The position numbers and the translations under genes are program-made. This document shows, piece by piece, positions 44,056-53,726 of a stretch of DNA of 64,000 bases (positions within the stretch are counted from its first letter, which is position 1; each line of letters begins with the position of its first letter). The stretch is taken from assembly GCA_036651815.1 (NCBI GenBank), contig JAVVXB010000005.1, positions 2,107 through 66,106 of the forward strand. The letters run 5' to 3'. The notes under the pieces were generated by a model. That model searched no databases. It was not told the DNA's origin and saw only the letters and a program-made list of their open reading frames with translations. The stretch comes from Clostridia bacterium (GTDB lineage: Bacteria > Bacillota > Clostridia > Christensenellales > CAG-138).

Positions 44056-45330
44056 ATGGAAGAGCAAAAACTGCGCGCCCGCCTAATTCGGCTCTATGTG
44101 CTAACGGTGGCGCTGGTATTGGCGGCGCTGTTGGCCGTAATACTGTTGCTGTCGTCCCGCGAGGTGGAGCAAAAAAACAAGGAAAGTTTTGCTACGCTGC
44201 TGACCTCCGTGACCGAGCGGCTGCAAACGGAGTCCATCGTCCAGCACAGCTGGCTCAAACGAATGGAAACGGAAAACAGTTTATTCATCCACATTGAAGA
44301 TAACGGGACGCAATTGCTGTACAATAGCATCGATGGCGCGGATCGGATGCTGTTGTTTGATACCGTCTGTCGTCTATCCCGGCAAGCAGGTATTGACGTT
44401 GCCGCCGTGCCGTTGTATGCAGATCGGCAAACGAGTGACCCGCTCCGTTTTACGCTGAACCATGCGGCCTACTTTGGTGCCGTCAGCCTGATCCCAGCAG
44501 GAAACGGATACCGTTCGCTCATCATGGCGCAGCAGATTATTACGGGCAATCAGTCATGGCGGTTCGGTCTGTTTGCAATCTGTTATTTACTTGCCGTGCT
44601 GCTACTCTCGCTTACGGGTGTTCGCCTGATTGACCGCGCACTGCAACCGGCTGTTGAAAGCCGAATACGGCAGACGGCGTTTATTGCCGCGGCCTCGCAT
44701 GAACTACGTTCGCCGCTCGCAGTCATTCAGGCCAATGCCGCAACGCTAACAGCCGCACCAGCGCAGATCCCCGCCGCCGCCGCCACCATCGCAAACGAAT
44801 GCGCCCGTATGTCACGGTTGATTGGCGATCTGTTGCTGTTGGCTTCGACAGATGCGAAGAGTTGGCCGGTCACCCTGACCATGCTGGATATGGACACCGT
44901 GCTGCTCAACGTTTATGAAATGTACCGCTCCGTGTGCGCAAAGCAGGGACTAGACTTGCATCTGCATCTGCCCGATCATCCTTTGCCCCCGGCCAAGGGT
45001 GATGCGCAGCGCCTTGCTCAGGTACTAGGCATTCTGCTTGAAAACGCCATTGCCTATGGCACCAGTCCACAGTGCAGTTCCATCGAGCTTTCTGCCTATC
45101 CGCACCGGCAGCAAGTGATCATCGAAGTGATTGACCATGGACCGGGCGTTGCCGATGCACAGAAAGCATATGTTTTCGACCGCTTCTTCCGCGGCGACCG
45201 TTCCCGCAAGGACAAGCAACACTTTGGTTTGGGACTCTCCATTGCTTATGAGTTGATTGCGTTGCACAAGGGAACGATTACACTCAGCGACACCTTAGGC
45301 GGTGGATGTACGTTTCGTATCTGCCTATAA
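44056..45330 (+). CDS. Sensor histidine kinase (2 TM, ~130-aa extracytoplasmic loop)
   Basis: Start at ATG 44056 (or 44044). H-box SHELRSPLAVI, N-box ENAIAYG, G-boxes DHGPGV and FGLGLSIAYE. Confidence 0.85.
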   Translation: MEEQKLRARLIRLYVLTVALVLAALLAVILLLSSREVEQKNKESFATLLTSVTERLQTESIVQHSWLKRMETENSLFIHIEDNGTQLLYNSIDGADRMLLFDTVCRLSRQAGIDVAAVPLYADRQTSDPLRFTLNHAAYFGAVSLIPAGNGYRSLIMAQQIITGNQSWRFGLFAICYLLAVLLLSLTGVRLIDRALQPAVESRIRQTAFIAAASHELRSPLAVIQANAATLTAAPAQIPAAAATIANECARMSRLIGDLLLLASTDAKSWPVTLTMLDMDTVLLNVYEMYRSVCAKQGLDLHLHLPDHPLPPAKGDAQRLAQVLGILLENAIAYGTSPQCSSIELSAYPHRQQVIIEVIDHGPGVADAQKAYVFDRFFRGDRSRKDKQHFGLGLSIAYELIALHKGTITLSDTLGGGCTFRICL

Positions 45331-45582
45331 TTCAATCGATAGGTGCCTTTCCCCCGATTCGCTGCTCCCGCACGCAGAGTGCGCTTTCATCCGTCAAAAA
45401 GACCCCTCGCATTGTGACGGACCTCCGTCCATCACACATTCAATCCATTTTTGATGAATTCTTCGGCAGGGCGGATTACCCGGTCTAAGCGTCCCCTGTG
45501 CATTTTGCCGACCGCGCCAATTTTCGGCGTAGGCATAAAGCATGTATCCCCTCCCCCGAAAACGATGGCTTTTCAGTGTTGA

Positions 45583-45608
45583 AAGACGCATGACGCGTCT
45601 TTTTTTTA
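45583..45608 (+). terminator. Intrinsic terminator 250 nt downstream of the kinase gene
   Basis: AAGACGC-atgac-GCGTCTT followed by a T-run (nine consecutive T at 45600-45608, the first two closing the stem). Confidence 0.75.
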
Positions 45609-45751
45609 CTGTCTGCACGCTAGGATATGTTTCTGAAAAAGAGTCCTATCTGGTGTCATGTGTATTTTCTGCCCATTCAAGCATTAAATTGACAAATTTA
45701 TTGAAGTAAAAATCGGGAAATTGAAACCCAGAAGTGGCAACCGAATATCGC

Positions 45752-45771
45752 GAAAACGCTTTTGGAAAATT
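45752..45771. repeat. Partial copy (block 3 only) of the intergenic repeat
   Basis: GAAAACGCTTTT (45752-45763) followed by GGAAAATT. The same core and following GGAA(N)TT occur in copies A and B. The other blocks were not found here. Confidence 0.4.
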
Positions 45772-45850
45772 AAAAATTGTACGCTAGAGGAATTTTAGAG
45801 AATTGACTGCTATCATGAAATTTGTAAATTAATAGAAACGAGGTTCTTCT

Positions 45851-48076
45851 ATGAAAACACAAAAAATAATCGCACTGCTATGCGCGTCTCTGCTGTTGCT
45901 TTTCTGCCTGTCCGGCTGCAGACGTGCGCCGCAAGCAGACAACGGTGCCATACCCGGTGCGTTGGGCCGCTATATGGAGGAGCCGGTTACTCTGCCACTG
46001 CCCGAGGGTGCAACGGAACAATCTCTGATTGGCATGTGCGCAGCCGCTGATGGCATGGTTTATTTTACCTGCGTATATCATGGGCAGGATGATGCATTCT
46101 ATGTCGATTATTTTCGTCATACGGTGAAAATCGAAGGCAGCGTCACAACACAGAAAGAACAATGGCTCTCCGATTCCGCACCGAAGGGTGGCAATGAACT
46201 CAGTCTCATCCGTTCCGATAACGGAACGCTGTATTTCAGCTATAACGATTATGATGCGGATGGCAACACCGTCCCTCACATCCTTGTGAGCCATGACGAC
46301 GGTAAGACATCGGAGACGCTTACGGGCACAGGTGTCACGGGCCATGATTTTATCCTCAAATTAGGCGTGTCTACAGATGGCCGCATCGTGGTGGCCAATA
46401 TGGGTGCGGACAATCTCGTCGTACTGGATGCGCAGGGTAATGTCCAGGATGAACTGGCCATCGACCGCGATCACGCGTCTCATTTCTCTGTGTCGGGGGA
46501 CAAAGTCATCTGCGTTGCCCCATCGGGAGATGCCGTGCGCGTATATAATCTTTCCGATAATTCTAGTGTGGATTTTCCGTTTGCGATTAGTCAAGGCACG
46601 GTCGCCTTTGCCGTCGCCAACGATGGCGCTGTATATCTGGCCAACGCCACCGGCTTGTTTCGGCATACAGCAGACGGCACACTTTGGGAACAGCTTGTAG
46701 AGGGCGGCGTAACCAGCATCGGCATGCCAAGCTATTATATTTGTCAGTTATCCGTGCAGAGCGGTGAACAGAATTCTCTCTATGTCAGTGGATATGCCGA
46801 TGGTAGCGGCATGCAGGTCTATCGTTATTTCTTTGATTCCGAGGCCGCGCAGACCGCTGACATTGAGCTGAATGTGTTTTCGCTACACGCCAGCGAACCT
46901 GTGCAGCAAGCAGTGGTCGCGTTCAATCGTGCACACAGCGAGATTCGGATAAACTATACCGTTGCCATGGAACAGGGCGGCGCGGGTACGGAACAGGACT
47001 ATGCCAAGGCGCTGAATACAGAATTGCTTGCGGGAACCGGACCGGACGTTTTGATTCTCGATGGCTTGCCGATCGATTCCTATACGGAAAAGGATGTCCT
47101 TCTGGATCTCTCCACCATCGTGGACGGTGCGGAACCGGTACTTCCCCAGATTCGGAGGGCTTATGAGCAGGACGGTCACCTGTATACCATGCCGCTTGGT
47201 TTTGGCATGCTTATGGCGCTTGCCAAGGACGGCGCAGAAACCGCATTCACCTCGCTGGAGACGCTCGCATCCTACCAGAGCAGCTCTGGTTTGCCGATTT
47301 TGAGCAATACAGCCTTTTCCTATGAGACGCTCGCCAACATGCTGCTAACCTACTATGGAAAAGACCTGCTTGCCGGGCAAGCAGAGGCCGTACGAAGCTT
47401 TCTGGAGAATGCCGCCCTGCTGAAAACAAATATACGCGCGACCGACAAACTGGGCGCGGGCTGGGATATCTTTTCTGATATGCCGGGGGAAGAACTTCAA
47501 CAGATGCTGCAGTCAAATTCTAATCCGCCGCAGCTCTTTGCCTTTATGACAGAACGTGTATGCGCCGCGCTTCTCTCCATCGACTCGCCGTCATCTGAGA
47601 ACTTCATGATGGCCGCGGCGGCCGCGGCACAAACCAATGCAGCGCTGTCCTCCGTCAACGGTCAATTTTTCCCCGTTGGTTTAGCGGGGATCAACCGTGC
47701 CAGCAAACAGCCGGAAGCCGCAGCATTGTTTTTGAACACACTGTTGAGTAAGCAAGTCCAGAACGCCAGTAACAATACCGCGTCCTTCCCCGTCAATCTC
47801 GCTGCGCTGGACGCCGTACTGAACTATGAAAATCCGAATATAAGTTGCGGCTTACTTCTAACGGCCACGGATTCACTCAATGCCAGCTGGCCCGTTCCGG
47901 AGCAGAGGGAACGGCTGCGCACCGAAATTGACCATCTTAAAACGCCGTTGTCCATGGATATTGCCCTGCAGCAGATGCTGTTACCGGAGGTCACCGCCTA
48001 TCTCGACGAGAGTGTACCGCTCGATGCGGCAGTGGGCAAGATTGTCAATCTGCTGTCAACGTATCTGGCCGAATAA
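45851..48076 (+). CDS. Lipoprotein: N-terminal ~340-aa repeat-rich (beta-propeller-like) domain fused to a family-1 ABC solute-binding domain
   Basis: 741 aa. Lipobox CLSGC. The N-terminal half has recurring DG-x-(V/L)Y(F/L) strands. The C-terminal half (from ~IELNVFSLHASEPVQQAVVAFNRAH...TGPDVLILDGLPIDSY) looks like an extracellular solute-binding protein. Confidence 0.75.
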   Translation: MKTQKIIALLCASLLLLFCLSGCRRAPQADNGAIPGALGRYMEEPVTLPLPEGATEQSLIGMCAAADGMVYFTCVYHGQDDAFYVDYFRHTVKIEGSVTTQKEQWLSDSAPKGGNELSLIRSDNGTLYFSYNDYDADGNTVPHILVSHDDGKTSETLTGTGVTGHDFILKLGVSTDGRIVVANMGADNLVVLDAQGNVQDELAIDRDHASHFSVSGDKVICVAPSGDAVRVYNLSDNSSVDFPFAISQGTVAFAVANDGAVYLANATGLFRHTADGTLWEQLVEGGVTSIGMPSYYICQLSVQSGEQNSLYVSGYADGSGMQVYRYFFDSEAAQTADIELNVFSLHASEPVQQAVVAFNRAHSEIRINYTVAMEQGGAGTEQDYAKALNTELLAGTGPDVLILDGLPIDSYTEKDVLLDLSTIVDGAEPVLPQIRRAYEQDGHLYTMPLGFGMLMALAKDGAETAFTSLETLASYQSSSGLPILSNTAFSYETLANMLLTYYGKDLLAGQAEAVRSFLENAALLKTNIRATDKLGAGWDIFSDMPGEELQQMLQSNSNPPQLFAFMTERVCAALLSIDSPSSENFMMAAAAAAQTNAALSSVNGQFFPVGLAGINRASKQPEAAALFLNTLLSKQVQNASNNTASFPVNLAALDAVLNYENPNISCGLLLTATDSLNASWPVPEQRERLRTEIDHLKTPLSMDIALQQMLLPEVTAYLDESVPLDAAVGKIVNLLSTYLAE

Positions 48077-48079
48077 CCC

Positions 48080-48997
48080 ATGAAAGCACAAATGCACCCC
48101 CAATCCCCGCAGCATCGACTCTGTCGGGCAGGACATCATTCTGCCCGGCAGAATGCCAAAGCAATAACAGCGCTCTGCTTCCTTGCCCCTAGCTTGATCG
48201 GAATCACAGCCATGTTTCTACTCCCCACCCTTGACGTGGTACGCAGATCTTTTTTCTCTGCGATGGGTAATTCATTTGTAGGACTGGCAAACTATCAAAC
48301 CGTACTGCTAAACGCATCCTTTCGGTTGGCCGTTTCGAATACGGGACGATTTCTGCTTGTGTGCATTCCCCTGCTGCTGCTGCTTTCGTTGTTTACCGCG
48401 CTGTTGCTCATCCGGCAGAAATGGTGTCAGCAGCTGTTTCGGACAACATACCTATTGCCACTTGCCATTCCGGTAACAAGCGTGGTTCTTATCATCCAAA
48501 CGGTATTCGCAAAAAACGGACTACTGTCCGCGTTGTGTGCTTTCTTTGGAAAAACGCCTGTGGACTGGCTCAACAGTCCCTATGCGTTCTATGTCCTCGT
48601 GGCGTGCTATCTATGGAAAAATCTCGGTTACAACGTAATCCTGTGGTTGGCTGGGCTTTCTGCCATCCCACAGTCGTACTACGAGGCAGCGTGGGTGGAT
48701 GGTGCAAACGAGGCGCAGTGTTTTCGAAAAATTACGCTCCCACTGCTGACACCCACGCTGTTTATGACCACAGTGCTGGCGTTGATCAACTCCTTTAAGG
48801 TGTTTCGAGAGGCATATTTGGTGGCAGGGCAATATCCACATATCAGCATCTATATGCTGCAGCACGTGTTATCCAATTGGTTCGCCAACCTTGACATGCA
48901 GAAAATCAGTGCAGCGGCAACGCTGCTGATGGCGGTCATCTTCCTCATCCTGTTCTTGTTACAACGTATTACGCGGAAAATGGAGGACCCCCAATGA
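48080..48997 (+). CDS. Sugar-type ABC transporter permease (MalF-type, BPD_transp_1)
   Basis: 305 aa. EAA loop YYEAAWVDGANEAQCFRKITLP. Confidence 0.88.
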   Translation: MKAQMHPQSPQHRLCRAGHHSARQNAKAITALCFLAPSLIGITAMFLLPTLDVVRRSFFSAMGNSFVGLANYQTVLLNASFRLAVSNTGRFLLVCIPLLLLLSLFTALLLIRQKWCQQLFRTTYLLPLAIPVTSVVLIIQTVFAKNGLLSALCAFFGKTPVDWLNSPYAFYVLVACYLWKNLGYNVILWLAGLSAIPQSYYEAAWVDGANEAQCFRKITLPLLTPTLFMTTVLALINSFKVFREAYLVAGQYPHISIYMLQHVLSNWFANLDMQKISAAATLLMAVIFLILFLLQRITRKMEDPQ

Positions 48998-49836
48998 TAA
49001 AACGCATCCTAGCGTTTTCGCTTCTTTTTTTTCTTGCATTGTTCATCTGGTACCCGTTGTGCATGCTGTTTTCCGGTGCGCTGACGCCGACATCAGAGAT
49101 GAACGAACGCCTCTGCGGTGTGCTTGGAACCGCCGATACGCTGGCATCATGGCCGATTATACCGAGTAGGCTGACATTCAAGCATGTGGTGGAGCTACTG
49201 CTCGATACGCCTGAATTCTTTGTGGTGTTCTGGAACTCCTGTATTCAGGTGTTTCCGGCGGTGATTGGCCAGGTGCTGGTGGGCGCCCCCGCGGCATGGG
49301 CACTCGCAAGGTTTCATTTTCGCGGTCGCAATGCGCTCAACTGGCTGTATATCGTACTGATGATTCTTCCGTTTCAGGTAACGATGGCATCGAGTTATAT
49401 CGTACTTAGTAAGCTTTCGCTCGTAGATACCCACCTTGCCGTCATTCTGCCCGCGCTGTTTTCGGCGTTTCCCGTATTCATCATGAGCAAATTCTTCGGA
49501 AAGATCCCGCAGGAAATGTTGGAAGCCGCTCGAATCGATGGCGCCAGCGAACTGCAATTATTCATGCGTATCGGCGTCCCGATGGGCGCGCCGGGCATCC
49601 TGTCGGCAGCGCTGTTGGGCTTTATGGAATGCTGGAACGCAGTCGAGCAGCCCATTACGTTTCTCAAAACACCGTCGCTATTTCCACTGTCGATCTTTCT
49701 GCCCAAAACAACTATCGAGCAAGCGGGCGTTTCATTCGTGGTGGCGATCATCACCCTGCTGCCCGCGCTGCTATTGTTTCTATATGGGCAGCAGAATCTC
49801 GAGCAGGGCATCCTCGCATCCGGCATCAAGGAGTAA
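48994..49836 (+). CDS. Carbohydrate-type ABC transporter permease (MalG-type)
   Basis: 280 aa, ATGA overlap with the upstream gene. EAA loop MLEAARIDGASELQLFMRIGVP. Confidence 0.88.
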   Translation: MIKRILAFSLLFFLALFIWYPLCMLFSGALTPTSEMNERLCGVLGTADTLASWPIIPSRLTFKHVVELLLDTPEFFVVFWNSCIQVFPAVIGQVLVGAPAAWALARFHFRGRNALNWLYIVLMILPFQVTMASSYIVLSKLSLVDTHLAVILPALFSAFPVFIMSKFFGKIPQEMLEAARIDGASELQLFMRIGVPMGAPGILSAALLGFMECWNAVEQPITFLKTPSLFPLSIFLPKTTIEQAGVSFVVAIITLLPALLLFLYGQQNLEQGILASGIKE

Positions 49837-49842
49837 TTTAGA

Positions 49843-50991
49843 ATGAAACAGACAAGCAATCAATCCCCCACCGAGCAGCCAGCGCAGCCTCATAGTGTGG
49901 CAAAGCGCGCCCTTTCGACGTTCATTTGGTTTTTTATCATCATGCTGATGCTGACGTTTCTTTCCCGTTCCGCAAGCCGCGCGCTCATGGCTAAGGTGAC
50001 CATCAAGTATCCGGGTTCCGGCGTGATTGATCTGAGCATCCGTGGCACGGGCAAATGGGTGCCGGGGGAAACGAAGACACTGCGGCTGAAATATCCACGT
50101 CGCATCAATCACGTTTTTTTTACCGTCGGCCAATGGATCGAAATTGGTGATTCCCTGTTTTCTTACGATGTGACAACCACCGCCGGCGGGCACAAGGTTT
50201 CCTCAACCAAGATCGACAGCGCGAAGAAAAAGCTGAGAACTGCACAATCCGCGTTGGACGAGGCCGTGAGCGGACTACCAGAGGGAAGCCATACGGATTC
50301 CGCAGCCGTGCAGTCCCTGCGCGATTGGTTAACAACCGCCGAACGGGCAGTGCAGTACGAAACCTTTGCCTATGAACAGAACTATGCCATCCAGATGCGA
50401 GAGGGACTCGTGCAGTCAACCATTGGCGGCCTCATCGTCAAACATGATCTCGTTGAGGGCAAGACCGTGACTCCGAACACGGAAAGCATACAGATTTCGC
50501 CGGAGGGTTCACGGCTGGAACTCTCTGTTTCTGCCGAAACCGCAAAGGCATTATCGTTCGGCGATGTCGTAACACTCACGGAAAACGGCAAGGAATTATC
50601 TGACACCGCAAAGATCATAAAGCTTGGTCTGCCCGATGCCGATGGGAACATAGCCGTGCAGTGCAGCGTCCAAAGCTGTGATCTCACGCCCATCCTAGGC
50701 AATCCGCAGGACTTGATCATCAAGAAGCAGTCCATTCGATACGATCTCATCGTCCCCATTGAGGCGCTCCGTCAGAGCGGCGCAGATCAGTTGTTTGTAC
50801 TGGTATTGGACGAAAAGAAAACGGTCATGGGCACGCAGTTAACGGTACGGAGCGTAAACGTAGAGCTGCTCTGCCGGGATACCAACCGCGCGGCGGTTAC
50901 TGGCGCCCTTTCGCAGCAGGACCGGTTGATTGCAACCAGTTCCAAACAGCTCACTGCGGGCGACTTTGTGGTGATCCAAGATGAGCGCTAA
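49843..50991 (+). CDS. HlyD/membrane-fusion-protein-like periplasmic adaptor (tentative)
   Basis: 382 aa. N-terminal TM, lipoyl-like hairpin INHVFFTVGQWIEIGDSLFSYD, coiled-coil segment, and beta-barrel-like C-terminus (LIVPIEALR...FVLVLDEK...GDFVVIQD). Confidence 0.65.
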   Translation: MKQTSNQSPTEQPAQPHSVAKRALSTFIWFFIIMLMLTFLSRSASRALMAKVTIKYPGSGVIDLSIRGTGKWVPGETKTLRLKYPRRINHVFFTVGQWIEIGDSLFSYDVTTTAGGHKVSSTKIDSAKKKLRTAQSALDEAVSGLPEGSHTDSAAVQSLRDWLTTAERAVQYETFAYEQNYAIQMREGLVQSTIGGLIVKHDLVEGKTVTPNTESIQISPEGSRLELSVSAETAKALSFGDVVTLTENGKELSDTAKIIKLGLPDADGNIAVQCSVQSCDLTPILGNPQDLIIKKQSIRYDLIVPIEALRQSGADQLFVLVLDEKKTVMGTQLTVRSVNVELLCRDTNRAAVTGALSQQDRLIATSSKQLTAGDFVVIQDER

Positions 50992-52219
50992 ACGTATTCC
51001 TTTTTTATGCCTACTCCTATCGTTCCAATTTTTTCTGCTTTGGGGACTGGCATTGCATGCGGGGCAATGGATGCAGGCAAACTATGAGGGTGTGAGCGTA
51101 CGCGTTACAGGCACACCGCTGCCGCAATCCCAACTGACGGATGCGTGGGCACGTCAGAACGAATCTGAATTGACGAGCATGACTGCATGGAGTCGCAGTG
51201 ATGCCGTCACCGTTAAAAACAGCGGTCTGCAAACCGTCGCCACAGCAAGGGTTATTACCGTACTTGGCGATATGCGGCGCGTTTGCCCCGCAACGCTGGT
51301 GGATGGAAGCTATCCATACCCGAATGACACAGGCTACTGTGTCATCGATTTAGCCACAGCAAATATGCTCTTTCACTCGGCGGATGTGGTGGGTGCGCGG
51401 CTAAGCGTGGATCAGGTAGAATACACGGTTGTGGGCGTAGTGGATGCCTATGAGCGTATGCTCATGCTTCGCTCCTCCAGCGCTGCCGCGACCTATGCCA
51501 ATCTTGAATTCACCTGCGCCGATGCTGAGCAAGCGCATTCGCTGGTGGAATCGTTTCTCTATCGCTACAAGCTCACGAATGAATATGTCCTCGTGGAAAG
51601 CGGCGTTTACATGCACATTCTATCCAGCCTACTTGGCATGCCTGGCTGGATCTTCGGCTTTGCCACGGTCGGAGCGCTGCTTCATGAGGCACACCGCAGA
51701 CGTGCCAAGCCACTGTCTTGTGGGGTGCTGTTGCTCACAGCAGCAGGGAGCGCTGGAATGCTTATTTGGTTACTAGCCATTTATCCTGACTTTCCGCAGA
51801 TGTATCTACCTACAAAATGGTCGGACTTTTCGTTTTGGGGTAAGCAGTTTGATCAATGGCGCCAAGCATGGCAAGAAATATCCTTGCTCACCCCCATGCC
51901 AAAGGAGGTACAGTTTTTTTCCGCGCTGCGTCAATGTCTTATGTTACTGGCAGCTGCAACCGCAACAGGCCTCCTGCTGATGGGTCAGTTGCAGTTGCGT
52001 CTGCAAAATGACTGGGAATGGCTCGGCGTTCTGCTCATGCTGCTCATCACGACCATTTCCATAGCATTGCTACGGTTGCATGGCATAGACTTTGTTTGGA
52101 CGCGCGGATATCTGTGCGCATTGCCGCTGTGGCGAACTGCGAAATTGATTCTGTGCTCACTGTCGCCCATCCCTCGCTCGAACGAATATGGAAGTGCATC
52201 ATGCTCAACCAAATCCTAA
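50981..52219 (+). CDS. Membrane protein with a MacB-type extracytoplasmic core domain (FtsX-like permease relative, tentative)
   Basis: 412 aa. TM1, then a ~190-aa extracytoplasmic region including GYCVIDLATANMLFHSADVVGARLSVDQVEYTVVGVVD (MacB_PCD-like), then about four TM segments. 11-nt overlap with the upstream gene. Confidence 0.55.
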   Translation: MSAKRIPFLCLLLSFQFFLLWGLALHAGQWMQANYEGVSVRVTGTPLPQSQLTDAWARQNESELTSMTAWSRSDAVTVKNSGLQTVATARVITVLGDMRRVCPATLVDGSYPYPNDTGYCVIDLATANMLFHSADVVGARLSVDQVEYTVVGVVDAYERMLMLRSSSAAATYANLEFTCADAEQAHSLVESFLYRYKLTNEYVLVESGVYMHILSSLLGMPGWIFGFATVGALLHEAHRRRAKPLSCGVLLLTAAGSAGMLIWLLAIYPDFPQMYLPTKWSDFSFWGKQFDQWRQAWQEISLLTPMPKEVQFFSALRQCLMLLAAATATGLLLMGQLQLRLQNDWEWLGVLLMLLITTISIALLRLHGIDFVWTRGYLCALPLWRTAKLILCSLSPIPRSNEYGSASCSTKS

Positions 52220-52974
52220 GCTATATCCTTTTAGGATTCCTTTTATTGGCTGCTGTAATGGCGCTGTATTTGCCATTTTATTTCATTTTCCGAAAACGAA
52301 TCCCGTTTATCCGCCAGATTTGCGTCGTGCTGCTGATTGGGAGCGTATTGGTTGTCCTTTGCGCCACGCTGCTGCTCTCAATTTTTGCAATTGTCGATAT
52401 GGGTTATCCGCTCTTTCAGCGGGTTCACCTTATCAACTGGATACCCCTCAGCTGGCTGGTCAAGCCCTGGACGATGGGCCGTGAAAAAATGCTTGCGCAG
52501 ATCGTCGCAAACATATTGATGCTGGTTCCGCTTGGCTTTCTGCTGCCAATTGTTTTTGCTCAATTGCGTAGATTTTGGAAAACTGTTCTGTGCGTTTTCT
52601 TACTGATGCTCACCATTGAGTTTTTTCAGTATTGGATCGGCTCATCCGCAGACATTGACGACCTCATTCAAAACACGCTAGGGGCAATGATCGGATATGG
52701 ACTATTCGCACTGTTCTCGCAGCAGCTGGGATGTAAAGCATGGTGGCATAAGGCGCTCAATCATCCGTGTTCGCACCGATGTTCGGCACAAATAAATGCA
52801 GTTAGATCATGTTTAAAAAAAGAAAAATTAACGGTTATGCATGGATATTTTTGTCAGTTCAAGCAGCGCATTCGCCGGTTTGCTGGAAGTAACGCTATCA
52901 ACTCGGAACGTAGAGCCGGCAAAAACCTATTGGGAATGCTTTTGATGAATTTAAAACATGCCTCCATCTATTGA
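52201..52974 (+). CDS. VanZ family membrane protein
   Basis: Start chosen at ATG 52201, a 19-nt overlap with the upstream gene. INWIPLSW...NILMLVPLGFLLP...EFFQYWIGSSADIDDLIQNTLGAMIGY is the VanZ pattern. Confidence 0.75.
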   Translation: MLNQILSYILLGFLLLAAVMALYLPFYFIFRKRIPFIRQICVVLLIGSVLVVLCATLLLSIFAIVDMGYPLFQRVHLINWIPLSWLVKPWTMGREKMLAQIVANILMLVPLGFLLPIVFAQLRRFWKTVLCVFLLMLTIEFFQYWIGSSADIDDLIQNTLGAMIGYGLFALFSQQLGCKAWWHKALNHPCSHRCSAQINAVRSCLKKEKLTVMHGYFCQFKQRIRRFAGSNAINSERRAGKNLLGMLLMNLKHASIY

Positions 52975-53214
52975 GCCTATTTAGCGATGGATCAAGAACC
53001 GTCATGATCTGTGTAGATTTGCTCTGTCAGTCAAAAAAGTCTCCGGAATTGTTCTGGGGTGTGTCTCTTGCCCCACATGTTACGGCCGCGGTAGCATGCG
53101 CCCGAGAATAGACATCCAATTGAGGCGCTTTCCTTATATGTTTTGATGGCCGTGCAGTTTCTTGCTCCGTCAAAACATGGTGATCTCCGTTGAAATTAAA
53201 TTTGTCAAAGGTTC

Positions 53215-53244
53215 AAGAAAGTCAGCATCTCTGCTGACTTTCTT
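53215..53244. terminator. Bidirectional terminator between the VanZ operon and the cupin gene
   Basis: 13-bp perfect stem AAGAAAGTCAGCA / TGCTGACTTTCTT with a 4-nt loop. Confidence 0.7.
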
Positions 53245-53315
53245 GTCTCCGGCCAATGATTACGCTGGCTGTATTCATCAATTTCCCCAAGAAACGGGGA
53301 CTGCTTTTACAGGGT

Positions 53316-53726
53316 TTAGTCGACCAGGTCATCCAGGTTCAGATGGAAATTCTGAACGATATCCCACATGCGGATGTTCTTTTCCGGTCCCATGGGAGAA
53401 TAGATAAACAGAAACACAAATTCTCCCTCCCCGGTATTAAAAAGCCGGTGCGGCTCATTTTTCGGAACAAACGTGATGTCTCCTTTTTTCAAAGGAACTT
53501 CTGTGTTGTCCTCCATCCGCATAATGCCCTCACCTTTGAGATAGATCATCACTTCTTCTTCGTGAACATGCGTATGAAATTCGGAGGCTTGTCCCTTATT
53601 ATATACGCCGATGCCTACCGATACTTGCTCCGCGCCATCCTGTCCATCCACAAGAATTAGATTGTCTCTCACATTCGGAGCTGCTGCCCGATATACGGGC
53701 AGTTCGCCAATTGATAATTTCTTCAT
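53316..53726 (-). CDS. Cupin domain protein
   Basis: Start chosen at ATG 53726 (MKKLSIGELP). Cupin motifs EFHTHVHEEEVMIYLKGEG and FVPKNEPHRLFNTG. Confidence 0.8.
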   Translation of the reverse strand: MKKLSIGELPVYRAAAPNVRDNLILVDGQDGAEQVSVGIGVYNKGQASEFHTHVHEEEVMIYLKGEGIMRMEDNTEVPLKKGDITFVPKNEPHRLFNTGEGEFVFLFIYSPMGPEKNIRMWDIVQNFHLNLDDLVD

